From: Welwitschia mirabilis
Lineage: Eukaryota
Assembly (NCBI GenBank): GCA_051453625.1
Contig: JBOZIK010000001.1
Location: forward strand, 25,652,301-25,690,989
Direction of reading: 5' to 3'
DNA length: 38,689 nucleotides
The notes below the pieces were generated by a model that saw nothing but the letters and a program-made list of their open reading frames with translations, was not told the origin of the DNA and did no database searches. Made by a program: the position numbers and the translations under genes. This document shows positions 1 through 11,869 of the stretch, one piece after another; position 1 is the first letter of the stretch; every line of letters starts with the position of its first letter.

Positions 1-142
1 AACAAAGTTATAACATAAGATAGACCTATTGATACAAAACCAAACAAAGAAAGAAAAAGTGCAAGAATCATAAGGGTTATATTGGGATAAAGAATAAGAA
101 GTTGACTCCACTCCTTTATGTATTGACTGTTATACATCTCAT

Positions 143-1408
143 ATGCCTAACCTTAGATATCTTGTAGTTTTAGAGACCCTTGATAATATAAGAAACATAA
201 ATACTACTAATATCCTCACTTTTAAAGGTAGAAAAAATGAAGAACCTATGCTTTGTTCGAGTCTCTTTGATTCTTCTTGCTTAGCTAACTACTTACAAAC
301 CAATTCGGATTTTGTGAGATATTTTTCTTCTTCTTTAAAGGGAGATGGCTAGCTATGGTTTCATAGATTTTCAAACTATACTTTTAAATCCTGAAAATCT
401 GTAAGATCAACATTTTTCAATAAATATCAACTTGTACAAGTCATAGAAGATCTAAGAGACAAATTCTAAATGTTAAAAAGAAAGAACATGAGAAACTTTA
501 TGAATTCATGGATAGATATTGGATTTTATTGGCAATATGTCCAAATTATAGGATAAATCTTAGTTGATGAATGAAATCCTTATTAAGAAGTCTATAAAAT
601 GATTCTTTAGAGAAGCTAGATATTCTTCATGAAGGTAGCATCAGGTATGGTAGCACCCAAGAAATTAAAACTACTATAGACAAATTATATAGAATGAGTC
701 AAGGATGGTCTCAAAATGAAGAAAAAGGGAAGAGAAAAGTTAAAAAAGTTATGGTAGAAAAATAAATAGAGACTAAGCATGTAAGTATATTAGAAAAAAC
801 AAATAAAAGGATAGAAGCTCTAACAGGTAAAATTAATACAAGAATAAGAAGTAGAAACCTATGAATACTATAATGAGAAGAATCATAATCTTACAAAATA
901 TCCATGGATGACAAGTTTTGTGAAAAACTTAGACATTAATAGAATTGATTATAATCCTGACAATGCTCCTCAGATTAAAAAGAAGTTGTATTCTAATCAG
1001 AACAGGAAATGGAAAGTCTTAAAAAAAAAATCATACATTTGTGGAATTAAAGAGATATGATTACTTTAGGAATTGGAGAAATAGAGAAGAAGAATCTAGT
1101 CACCATCAATAACCAAATAACAGGANNNNNNNNNNNNNNNNNNNNNNNNNNNNNNNNNNNNAACCAAATCTAAGATAAGTTATTTGTAAATCTATTAGAA
1201 CTAGATTAGGTAGAAGCCATCTTTCAACTTCTAGAAAATAGAAGAAAACTAAGGAGAATGAAAACATGGTTAAACAAATAGTTCAATAGAAGGAGAGATG
1301 GATGATTCTTTACCATTTCCTATGCGGAGTAAGATAACAAAAAATGTTTCAAAGAAAGAAGGAAAAGATGTAGAATACCTTATCAGAGCTCTAGAAGACA
1401 CATTAGTT
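143..1408 (+). pseudogene. gag relic of element A
   Basis: LTFKGRKNEEPML (~214-252), FSSSLKGDG*LWF (~323-362, the FPFSL..A..W motif), CPNYRI (~538-555) and LPFP (~1310). Colinear with the gag of element B on the opposite strand. Confidence 0.75.
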
Positions 1409-2199
1409 NNNNNNNNNNNNNNNNNNNNNNNNNNNNNNNNNNNNNNNNNNNNNNNNNNNNNNNNNNNNNNNNNNNNNNNNNNNNNNNNNNNNNNNNNNNN
1501 NNNNNNNNNNNNNNNNNNNNNNNNNNNNNNNNNNNNNNNNNNNNNNNNNNNNNNNNNNNNNNNNNNNNNNNNNNNNNNNNNNNNNNNNNNNNNNNNNNNN
1601 NNNNNNNNNNNNNNNNNNNNNNNNNNNNNNNNNNNNNNNNNNNNNNNNNNNNNNNNNNNNNNNNNNNNNNNNNNNNNNNNNNNNNNNNNNNNNNNNNNNN
1701 NNNNNNNNNNNNNNNNNNNNNNNNNNNNNNNNNNNNNNNNNNNNNNNNNNNNNNNNNNNNNNNNNNNNNNNNNNNNNNNNNNNNNNNNNNNNNNNNNNNN
1801 NNNNNNNNNNNNNNNNNNNNNNNNNNNNNNNNNNNNNNNNNNNNNNNNNNNNNNNNNNNNNNNNNNNNNNNNNNNNNNNNNNNNNNNNNNNNNNNNNNNN
1901 NNNNNNNNNNNNNNNNNNNNNNNNNNNNNNNNNNNNNNNNNNNNNNNNNNNNNNNNNNNNNNNNNNNNNNNNNNNNNNNNNNNNNNNNNNNNNNNNNNNN
2001 NNNNNNNNNNNNNNNNNNNNNNNNNNNNNNNNNNNNNNNNNNNNNNNNNNNNNNNNNNNNNNNNNNNNNNNNNNNNNNNNNNNNNNNNNNNNNNNNNNNN
2101 NNNNNNNNNNNNNNNNNNNNNNNNNNNNNNNNNNNNNNNNNNNNNNNNNNNNNNNNNNNNNNNNNNNNNNNNNNNNNNNNNNNNNNNNNNNNNNNNNNN
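1409..2199. other. Assembly gap (others at 1126-1160, 7469-7478, 8194-8293, 11038-11601, 23877-24544, 28468-28477, 30289-30388, 36249-36348)
   Basis: Runs of N. The 10 and 100 nt runs look like placeholder sizes. Confidence 0.99.
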
Positions 2200-4998
2200 C
2201 TAGAGTGATCCGAGAATACCAGTAGTAGATATAATTATTGAATGTGCCTATAAAATATAAGCTTTGGTATATTTGGGATAAGTATTAATCTCATTTCCCA
2301 TGACGTATTTGAATAACTTGGAAGTCCTCAGTTAACTCCATATAATGGACATGTTTACATGATAGATGGCTCTGTAGTAAAGATAGAGAGAATAATAGAG
2401 AATTATTTAATAGAACTAAAAGGGTTTGGATATTAGGTGGATCTAGTGATTATGAAGATAAAAGAGAATACTCACCCAATCATCCTAGGAAGGCCTTGAA
2501 TGGCAACAACCAATGCAACTATTTATTTTAGAAAGGGAGTAATGGAGATTACTCTAAGAGACCTGGTGCAGCAAATCAAAATATCTGATGAGGAAAAAAT
2601 TGAACACTCCTCTACTAACAAAGGGGATATTACTAACATGATCCTCATAAAAGAAGCTCAACAATTATTAGAAGAATAAGAGGTTGAAAGAAGAGACTAC
2701 TCCTTGACTATTAATCTAGCAAAAAAGAAGAGGAACTTAAGAAAACTCTCTTAAAGAAGGTTTGAAATACATGGAAATTCTAAAAAATAGACCTTTAATT
2801 ATCAATGAAAATTTGACTTATTATCAAAAGAGAAAATTAGAAAGGATGTTGGCTAAACAAACTAATGCTTTTTCTTGGACTCATGAAGACATTACTCGGG
2901 TAGACCCTGTAATCTATCAGCATAAAATTTATTTAGATACCATAATAAAGCCTATGAGGTAATCAAAGAGGAGATGCAATCCTCATATGTAAGATGTGAT
3001 CAAAAGGAAAATTTTAAGGCTATGAAAAGTAGGATTCATATACCCTATTTTTTATTTAGAATGGGTAAGTCCTAAGATAGTAGTTCCTAAAAAAAATAAT
3101 AAATGGAGAGTGTGCATAGAGTTTAGGCTACTACTATGTATAAGAATCATTTTTCTTTACCCTTTATGGATTAAGTTTTAAAAATAATTTCATGTTATAA
3201 ATACTACAATTTCTTGGATGGGTGAAGTGGGTGCAACCATATTCCAATAGCCCTTGAGGGCCAAGTAAAATATGCTTTTACTTGTAAAGGGGGTACTTAT
3301 GCCTTAAAGTTTTACCTTTTGGGTTATTTAATGCACAATCCACTTTTCAGAGGCTAGTGAATAGTATTTTTAAGACATAATAGGAAGGTCAGTCGAGGTT
3401 TCTATGGATGACTTTCAACCTTTGAAAATGATTTTGAGGAAGCTTTTAAAGGACAAGAAGCTATACTAACTCAATGCAAAGAAAAGAATTTGAAATTGAG
3501 CTAGTCTAAAAGTCATTTCATACTGGCTGAAGGGATTGTTTTAGGCCATAAGATATTAGTGAGAGGAATTGAAACTGATGAGTAGAAGATTAATGTGATC
3601 AAAGAAATTCCTCCACTAACTAAACTGAGAGAAATAAGATCATTATTAGGTCATGTGGGGCATTATAGAAGATTTATTACTAATTTTAGTAAAATTGCTA
3701 AACCATTAAGTAATCTTACACAAAAATATGTTCCCTATGAAGGAACCCAAGAATGTTAAAAATCTTTTCAAATTCTTAAAGATAAGTTAGTTCATGTCCC
3801 TATTTTACAAAAAACAGATTGGGACAAAACTTTCTACATTATAACTGATGCTTTACAATATGCTATTGGTGCTGTTTTGGGATGAAAAGATGATGATTGT
3901 AAACCCTATTTATCACTTACATAAGTAAAAATCTTAGTTCTACACAACAAAACTACACAGTTAGAGAAAAAGAGATGATAGCCATAGTAGTATCACTAAA
4001 TAAGTTTAGACATTATATCCTGGTTCATGAGGTTAAAATTCAAATGGATCATAGTGCTATAAGGTTTTTAATGAATAAGAAGAAAGCAAATTATCAAATC
4101 ATGAGATGAATACTTTTAATACAGGAATTTGATTTGAAGATACTAGATAAGAAGGGAATAAAGAATGTGATGGCTGATCATCTATCTAGATTGGAATTCC
4201 CTGAAGAGGCTAAACAAATGGATATCCAAAATAGTTTTCCTAATGAGCATCTAGCAACTTTGTAACAAACTCCTTGGTTTTTAGATATTTCTAACTTCTT
4301 AATGAGTTAGAAGGTACTTACTTGCTTAATCTATTATGAGAAAAATAGGTTATTAAGAGAAGTAAAAGATTATATATGGAAGAATAAAATCCTCTTTAGA
4401 TTTTATAAGGATGGTATCATTAGGAGATGTATTAAAGAGCTTGATCAGAAGAAGCTTCTATAAACTTTTCATGTAGAGGAAGGAGGAGGCCATTATGGAG
4501 GAAAAAGAATAGCTATAAAAATTCTAAATGAAGGATATTATTGGAATTCTCTATTTAAGGATTCTTTTAATTATAGTAAAGGGTGTGACAAGTGTCAAAT
4601 AGAGGGAGTATGATTAAAAGTAATGGAAACGCTCTAACAATGGATTCACACCTTGAAACCTTTTAATGTCCAGGAGATATATTTCATTGGTTCCATTAAT
4701 CCAAAATCCTATAAAAAATAATACATTCTATTCTGTGTGATTTAATTGACTAAATGGGCTGAAGTTGAGGCTGCTCCTAATTATTCCACTAAAACGGTAG
4801 TTAAATTCTCATCTAGGAATATATTTCACTAGTTTGGTATGCTTAGGAGTTCTATATCATATAGAGGGACCCATTTCACCAATCAAGCCTTTGAAAAGTT
4901 TTTTGTCTAGGTATGGGGTCCATCATAAACTCTCTTTTGCTTATTATTCCCAATCCAACGATCAGGCTAATATCACAAATAGGAAATTCAACTGAATT
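2200..4998 (+). pseudogene. pol relic of element A (aspartic protease, reverse transcriptase, RNase H, integrase N-terminus and core)
   Basis: PR: ALVYLG.SINL (~2261-2292) and PIILGRP (~2476). RT: EWVSP (~3059), KWRVCIEFR (~3101), FLDG*SGCNHIPIA (~3211), EVSMDDF (~3395-3415). RH: ITDALQYAIGAVLG (3841-3882), NVMADHLSR (~4164). INT: GGGHYGG (~4482), CDKCQ (~4584), RGTHF (~4863), YYSQSNDQANITNRK (~4942-4986). Confidence 0.93.
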
Positions 4999-5222
4999 TA
5001 AATCTATGACTTCTATTTCTACCTGCTCTGGATTTGCTTTTCTACCCTAGCCTCTACCTCATGGAGGAGCTCTCCGGTTGGGTGATTCTCTTCTCTTTCT
5101 CTTAAGTGTTAAAAGATCTTTTGTCTTTAGACTTTAGGGAGTGTGTTATATTTCTGGATCTATCCCAATTTGTGGATCTAATCTTGAGGTTTACCCCAAA
5201 GGAACTATGTACATCTTTGACA

Positions 5223-8200
5223 AGTTTCTTATATCAAAATTTATTTTTCTAATTCTGTTATCATGATATATTTTAGCTTTTTATTGTACAAGTTCTTTAC
5301 ATAGAAGAGCTTTTTTTTCTATTTTTATCTAAAATATTCATGTTTTTTATTCATTCTTTTTGAGCTAGGTCGAAATTACATTTTAATTCTTTAGCCAATT
5401 TAAATATTTTTATTCTAAACTTAATTAATAAAATAGCCTTTTCCCATAGACTAACTCATAAGAAGTAAATCCCGTAGTGTGTTTCCAACTTATTCTATAA
5501 GTCCATAGAGATTCATTTAGTTTATTAGCCTAATTAGTTTTTTATTATTCATAATCTTTGTTAATATTCTATTAAGCTCTCTATTAAATACTTCTGCTTA
5601 GCCATTAGACTAGGGATGATAGGGAGTAGAGAGTCTGTGATGGATTCTGAATTTGGTTAAAAGTTTCTAAAGTGGGTTTCTCTATCAGATATAAGACTTC
5701 GGAGGGCTTCAAACCAGTGGATAATATTCCTAAGGAAAAAGTTAACTAAAGTTTGGGAAGAATAATTAGTTATAGCCTTAGCCTCAACTCCCGTAGTGAA
5801 GTAATCAACATAGACCAGAATGTACTTTTTCCTAAAGGATGAAGGATTGATAGGTCTAATAAATCTATTCCTCAAATAACAAAGGGTTCAATTTTTTGAA
5901 TCCATTATTGTGGAATTTCTAACCTTTGGTTAAATATGCCTTCTCTTTGAAATTGTCACAACTTTGGACATACTTGTTTGCATCTTTGAAGATGGTGGAG
6001 CGATAATATCCCAGATGGAGAATTTTCATTCCTATTCTCTTTGCACCATAATGTCTTCCTCCTTTTCCTTCATGAGTTTCTTTTGAAATTTCCTCTTGTA
6101 AGTTCTCATCTATATATCTTCTGATGACATGATTCTTACATTCTCTAAATAACATTTTATCACACTAAATAGAATCTCTAATTTCCTTAATAATCTTTTC
6201 CTCTTGTAATAAGTCATAAATAGGGTAATCTTTTACTTACAAGATAGTTAACAATGTTAGCATACCATGGATTTGTAGATACTTAAAAAAAATGCTCATC
6301 TGGGAATTCATCTTTAATGTTAATTGGCTCTTCATCTGGAAATTCTAACCTTGATAGATGATCTGCCACCACATTCTCTATTCCTTTTTGATCAATTATT
6401 TTTAAATCAAAATCTTACATTAATAATATCCATCTCATAGTTCTTGAGTTTGCTTCTTTTTTATTCATTAAAAATCTAATGGAACTATGGTTAGTATGAA
6501 CTTTTACTTCATAACCCAATATATCTTGTCTGAATTTATGCAATACCATCACTACTGCTAGCATTTCCTTTTTCTTTTATTGTATAATTTTGCTGAGGTG
6601 GGTTGAAGTTCTTGCTTATAGATGTAATGGCATAAGGTTTGTTATCATCATCTTTTTGTCTTAAAACTACTTCGATAGCATGATTAGATGCATCAGTCAT
6701 AATGTGGAATGGTTTTGTCTAATTTAGCCCCATAAAATAAATGCTAATAAAAGTTTATATTTTAGAGTTTAGTAATCCTTCTGACATTTATCAGTCTAAT
6801 CATATTCCACATCTTTTTATAGGAGATTATTCAAAGGTTTAGCAATTTTACTAAAGCTAGATATGAATCTTCTGTAGTATTCAACATGCCCCAAAAAATA
6901 TTTTAACTCTTTCAGTTTGGTTGAGGGTGGAATATATTTTATAGCTTTGATTTTTTATTTGTTAGCTTTAATTCCTTTCTTAGATATTTTGTGTCCTAAC
7001 ACTACACCTTCTGTCACCATAAGATGGCTTTTCGACCCACTAAGTCTAAGACATTTATCTTTACATATTTCTAAAACTTTTTCTAATATTTTAAGTAACT
7101 CTTCAAAATCTTTTCTAAATGTTGAGAAATCATCCATAAACACTTTGACTGATTATCATATGATGTCTTAAAAAATACTATTTACTAATATCCAAAAAGT
7201 AGTAGGAGCATTACATATTCCAAATGGAATTACTTTATAAGTATCCCAATAAAAAGTGAAAGTTCTTTTGGCTTAGTCTTCTAAGGCTATAGGTACTTGA
7301 TTATAATTGTTATACTCATCTAGGAAGCTATAATACTGATATCCAGATACTCTTTCTAAAACTTGATCAATAAATGGAAGAGGAAAATGATCTTTATAAG
7401 TTGCTGTATTTTGCCTTTTAAAATCTATACACACTCTGCATTTATTTCCTTTCTTTAGTACTCCTGTTNNNNNNNNNNACCTCTGAGAGTTTAGAAATTT
7501 CTTGTTTAATTACCTCCTGCATATGTGGGCTACACCTTCTCTTTGGTTGCTAACTTGGTTTTATAGAAGTATCTAATTAGATTTTGTGTTAATAAATTTT
7601 TGGATCTATTCCTTTTATATTGGTATGATGCTAAGTAAAAGTTTATTTTCTCTTGATTAACATTATTTTAAGTCTTCTCTTCTAGAAATGAGTTAAATAA
7701 CTATTTATGATCAAAGGTCTATTAGGATCTGCCTCAATATACTCTAATCCTTCCTTAAGAGGAGGTTTTTCTATTTTTTTAGTTGCTAAATCTTCTTCTT
7801 TGTATTTCTCCTCATTTTATTTATTTAACATTAGATTAATTTCCTAAGTTAAAATTACATTGGTTCTCATCTTGGTGTTTCATACCATTTCTTCAACAAC
7901 TGCTACATTAGAAAGCTTAATTTCTTTTTTAAAATCTCCAAGATCAATCTCCATTACCCCTCTTCTAGAGTAGATAGTAGCATCTACAGTAGCTATCCAC
8001 AGTATTCCAAGAATTACTATGTAGATATCTCCTTAAGTTTTCATGACTAATGAGTCTATTAAATAAATAAAATGTTGGAGTTCTACAAGTATGTCCTTTA
8101 AATCTTCTTTTGGCATAACTATTAAGCCATCTATAAGATAAACCTTTTCTTGGTGAGGTCTTAGTTTTAGTTTTCATAACTCCTCATAAGTTTNNNNNNN

Positions 8201-8484
8201 NNNNNNNNNNNNNNNNNNNNNNNNNNNNNNNNNNNNNNNNNNNNNNNNNNNNNNNNNNNNNNNNNNNNNNNNNNNNNNNNNNNNNNNNNNNNNTTTCTTA
8301 ATTCCTCATAAGTTTCATAAGCCATCACATTAATACTTACTTCAAGATCTACAAATGCTTCAACTTTGAGCTTTACATTTATTTTCACATCAATCATAAG
8401 TGTTTCGGGATTACTATGCTTTTCATATTGTCTGTTTTGAAGAACTTGTGTGGAAGCCCAAGAAACTTGGTCTTTCTGTACCAT
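5223..8484 (-). pseudogene. pol relic of element B
   Basis: PR: EAFVDLEVSINVM (~8320-8361). RT: RVCIDFK (~7415-7438), FLDEYNNYNQVPIA (~7285-7326), VFMDDF (7126-7143), EGVVLGHKIS. RH: MTDASNHAI (~6675-6701), NVVADHLSR (~6349-6375). INT: HEGKGGRHYG, CDNF, YVDYFT, ISDRETHF, ending near KAKIYHDNRIRKINFDI (~5230-5280). Confidence 0.93.
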
Positions 8485-9900
8485 TTCAATTTGTTTTTCT
8501 TATTCTTCTTTTTACTTTTTTGTTTTAAGCACGTTCTTTTTATTTACTTCCAATACATGGGTACATCTTTTAACAATTTTAAAAGAGGTGTTTTTATTTG
8601 TGTATCTTCTAATATCTTGGTTAAGTATTCTATATATTTTTCAACTTTTGAATGTTCTATTTGTTTACTTATCATAAGAAAGGGTAAATAATCTAATGAA
8701 GTATCATTCATAGTTTTTCTTTTAGCCTCTTCCTCTCCTTTATCTAGTGAGTTATTTGAATTCTCATTATTTTTTTGCTATTCATATGTCACTTTTTATT
8801 TTCTTGATCTAGTAGTTATTGCTTTACTTATCGCCTCTCTAGGATTTGATTGGAGTTAAGTAGGAATTTTTCCTTCTTTTTTTCCATTTCTGATTCTTCT
8901 CTATGGTCTTTTGAGTCTCTATTTTTTAAATTTATATAATAATCATATTGTTCTTGCCTTTTCAAGTTTACATATCTTTGTAAAGGTCTTTCTATTTTTC
9001 CTTCTCATTATCCACTTTAGTAAAGATGTGGTTTCTTCCTAGTTTAAGATTGATTTATTGAATTAAGATCTAATCTATTTATATCTAACAATTGAAAAAA
9101 TTCTTGCATCTAAGGGTGTTCTATCTCATTATGATCATCTTCTCCATAGTATTCACATGTAGGTACTTCTTCTTCTTTAAAATGTTGTATAGCTAACTTA
9201 ACAAACTTTTCTACCATGCCATTAGTTACTTTTTTAGCTACTTCTTCTATAAGGTTGATATGTTTTAAGCTATATATACTATTGTCTATTTTTAGGGTGC
9301 ATAATTCATTTATTTTCTTCTTCTTCTCATTTTCTTGACCCCGTCCTTGACTTATATTGTAGAATTACGTAATGGATTCTTCTACTTCTTGAACATTCTT
9401 AGTTTTAGTGCTTCCTCTACATAACAAATCTAATTATTTTAACATCTGACTCTGTAATCCTCTAAGTAAGGATCTGACTCATTCTCTAGTTGTGATTCCA
9501 TGGTTAGGACATTTGGCTAGTAATATGTTGTACCTATCCATGAACTCATCAAACCTTTTATTATTTCTTTGTTTAATATTCAAGATTTATCCTCTTAAAT
9601 ATTCAACCATTCTTATGGGTTGAAATTTAGCTAGAAAAGCACTTTTAAGGGTTTTCCATGAATGAAAAAACATGGTTAGGGTTTCTATAATACCATAATT
9701 AAGCATTCCCTTTTAAAGAAAAAGGAAAATATCTGAGATAGTCAAATTTTGTGTCAAGAAAATTAGATTTAAAAAAAATTCAAATAATCTCAAGTGTAAT
9801 ATAGGTTCTTTTGACTTCTTTTCTTTAAAAGTGGGTATTTTGGTAGTATTTATATTTATTATTTTGTTTGACTACTATAGGGACATAGGGTTGATAGGAC
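8485..9900 (-). pseudogene. gag relic of element B
   Basis: PTFK...KEPILHL (~9790-9835), FPFSLKGNA.LW (~9693-9730), CPNHGI (~9495-9512), LDYLPFL (~8678-8698). Confidence 0.8.
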
Positions 9901-10494
9901 TCAAATCATTTATCTAGTGAGTATCATGATTCAAAGGTTCTGAGTTTCCATCATCTTTCCAATAACACCTTGTTATTATATACTTTTTATGCTTTTTAAC
10001 TTGACTTTTTGAGAAGATTTTTCTGGTGATCTAGATAATGCTATAATGCTATGCATTTTTTGCTTAAATTCACTCATGAGTTCATGAAATATTTGACCTC
10101 TTACCATCCTTCCTAAAATTACATAATCTCCCACAAAATCATTGTTCCTCTTCACTTAGTTCATTTAAATCATATTTCTTTGGATTTATAATGTACCTTC
10201 TTTTTTCATCTCATCGTATTCTGTGACTATCTTATTGTATTGTACTTTGCATCATCATTGCTAGTTGTCTTTAGAGCTAGCTCCAAAATGATCAGTGGCT
10301 TATGTTATAAAATAAATGCAGAAAGTATCATAAAATATTACTAAAAACTATAAAAAAGACTAGCAAAGTATAGAAATTATGCTAATGTTAACCTAGAATA
10401 AGAACACATCATTAAAATAAAAATACATAAAGGCTTACTAAAAAACTAGTTACGAATTAACCATTTAGTTCAAAATTCATCATCATAAAAGTCT

Positions 10495-10870
10495 TGTGAT
10501 GAAGTTATTTAAATTAATCAGGTTATTTATTAAAACTAAACTACTATGTACATATAATACATCAAGGAGAAATGGAGAAAGAAACAAAACATAACTAAAG
10601 TTAAGTGACCTATTGATCAATAATTATTTCTAAGCATTGAAATTATCCTAGTTTATGTTCAGCTACATAAACAAAAGTGAGATAGAAGTAATATTACTTT
10701 TCCAAGTAATAAAAGATTCACACAATATTCAAATGCTTTTTAGCTTTTATATTGAAATGCTAATTGTACATAAAGACAAGCTAAGAAATGTTCTCTTCTT
10801 TTCAGATAACACTATGGAATGTTGGAAACTGTTGCTGACACCTTTGTAGGTAAGCTGGAGTTCCCTTACT
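10495..10870 (-). repeat. Probable 3' portion of the 5' LTR of element B
   Basis: Non-coding and upstream of gag. Its reverse complement resembles 14850-15101 by eye (ctaaaaag..atattg..tgaa..gaaaagt) and ends in ...catcaCA. Both boundaries are uncertain. Confidence 0.4.
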
Positions 10871-11869
10871 TGACCTCTTTGCCTTGTCTATTGTATGCGC
10901 CAAAAAGATCCCACGTTTGGTGGTGATCATGTTTTTATACCCTAATTAGTTTTTTAGTTTCCTTTCTTTCCTCCTTAGGAAGAGAGAAGTAGTTGAGGTT
11001 ATTATGCTGATTTAATCCTCAACCTTCTCTCTTATCTNNNNNNNNNNNNNNNNNNNNNNNNNNNNNNNNNNNNNNNNNNNNNNNNNNNNNNNNNNNNNNN
11101 NNNNNNNNNNNNNNNNNNNNNNNNNNNNNNNNNNNNNNNNNNNNNNNNNNNNNNNNNNNNNNNNNNNNNNNNNNNNNNNNNNNNNNNNNNNNNNNNNNNN
11201 NNNNNNNNNNNNNNNNNNNNNNNNNNNNNNNNNNNNNNNNNNNNNNNNNNNNNNNNNNNNNNNNNNNNNNNNNNNNNNNNNNNNNNNNNNNNNNNNNNNN
11301 NNNNNNNNNNNNNNNNNNNNNNNNNNNNNNNNNNNNNNNNNNNNNNNNNNNNNNNNNNNNNNNNNNNNNNNNNNNNNNNNNNNNNNNNNNNNNNNNNNNN
11401 NNNNNNNNNNNNNNNNNNNNNNNNNNNNNNNNNNNNNNNNNNNNNNNNNNNNNNNNNNNNNNNNNNNNNNNNNNNNNNNNNNNNNNNNNNNNNNNNNNNN
11501 NNNNNNNNNNNNNNNNNNNNNNNNNNNNNNNNNNNNNNNNNNNNNNNNNNNNNNNNNNNNNNNNNNNNNNNNNNNNNNNNNNNNNNNNNNNNNNNNNNNN
11601 NTGAAATATATAATTAACATAAAGAAAAACATTTCATTAATAAGCAAATTATTACATAAAATTTAGCTTCATCACACAACAAGTAAATTATTTATTCAAA
11701 GTTTGTTTTTAGTGCACAATTTACTTTGTTGTCTTATAATTGCATGTGAAAACTTCATGGAAACTTTATTTGTTATCTATTTTATAAGTAAAATGTTATG
11801 TTAGATTGTTTATTTATATAGTTAAAAGCTTTTACTTTCTTAAAATGTATTCTATTTTCTTTAATAAGA

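Larger units (their letters stand above)
140..4998 (+). mobile_element. Element A: degenerate Ty3/gypsy (Athila-like) LTR retrotransposon internal region, gag-PR-RT-RH-INT, truncated inside the integrase
   Basis: Domain motifs appear in gypsy order on the + strand with many stops and frameshifts (see the domain entries). No LTR is visible at its 5' side in this window. Confidence 0.92.
5223..10870 (-). mobile_element. Element B: degenerate Athila-like Ty3/gypsy element of the same family as A, inverted, with partial 5' LTR and gag-pol; 3' end missing
   Basis: Full gag-PR-RT-RH-INT order on the - strand. ORF-track fragments 5657-5875, 5919-6155, 6955-7143 and 8167-8484 are pieces of it. Confidence 0.92.

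Noticed and set aside
1298..2203. Long ORFs in the track (1298-2203, 11012-11647, 23791-24577, 30085-30519, 36233-36418)
   Set aside because: They stay open only because they run through N gaps.
8416..8691. Hydrophobic small ORFs that look like membrane peptides (also 6917-7171, 16282-16467, 29035-29304, 37128-37337)
   Set aside because: They are antisense shadows of A-rich gag/pol or UTR sequence.
10896..10930. PBS-like words gcgccaaaaa and cccacgtttgg
   Set aside because: The matches are too short and cannot be tied to a defined LTR or internal region.
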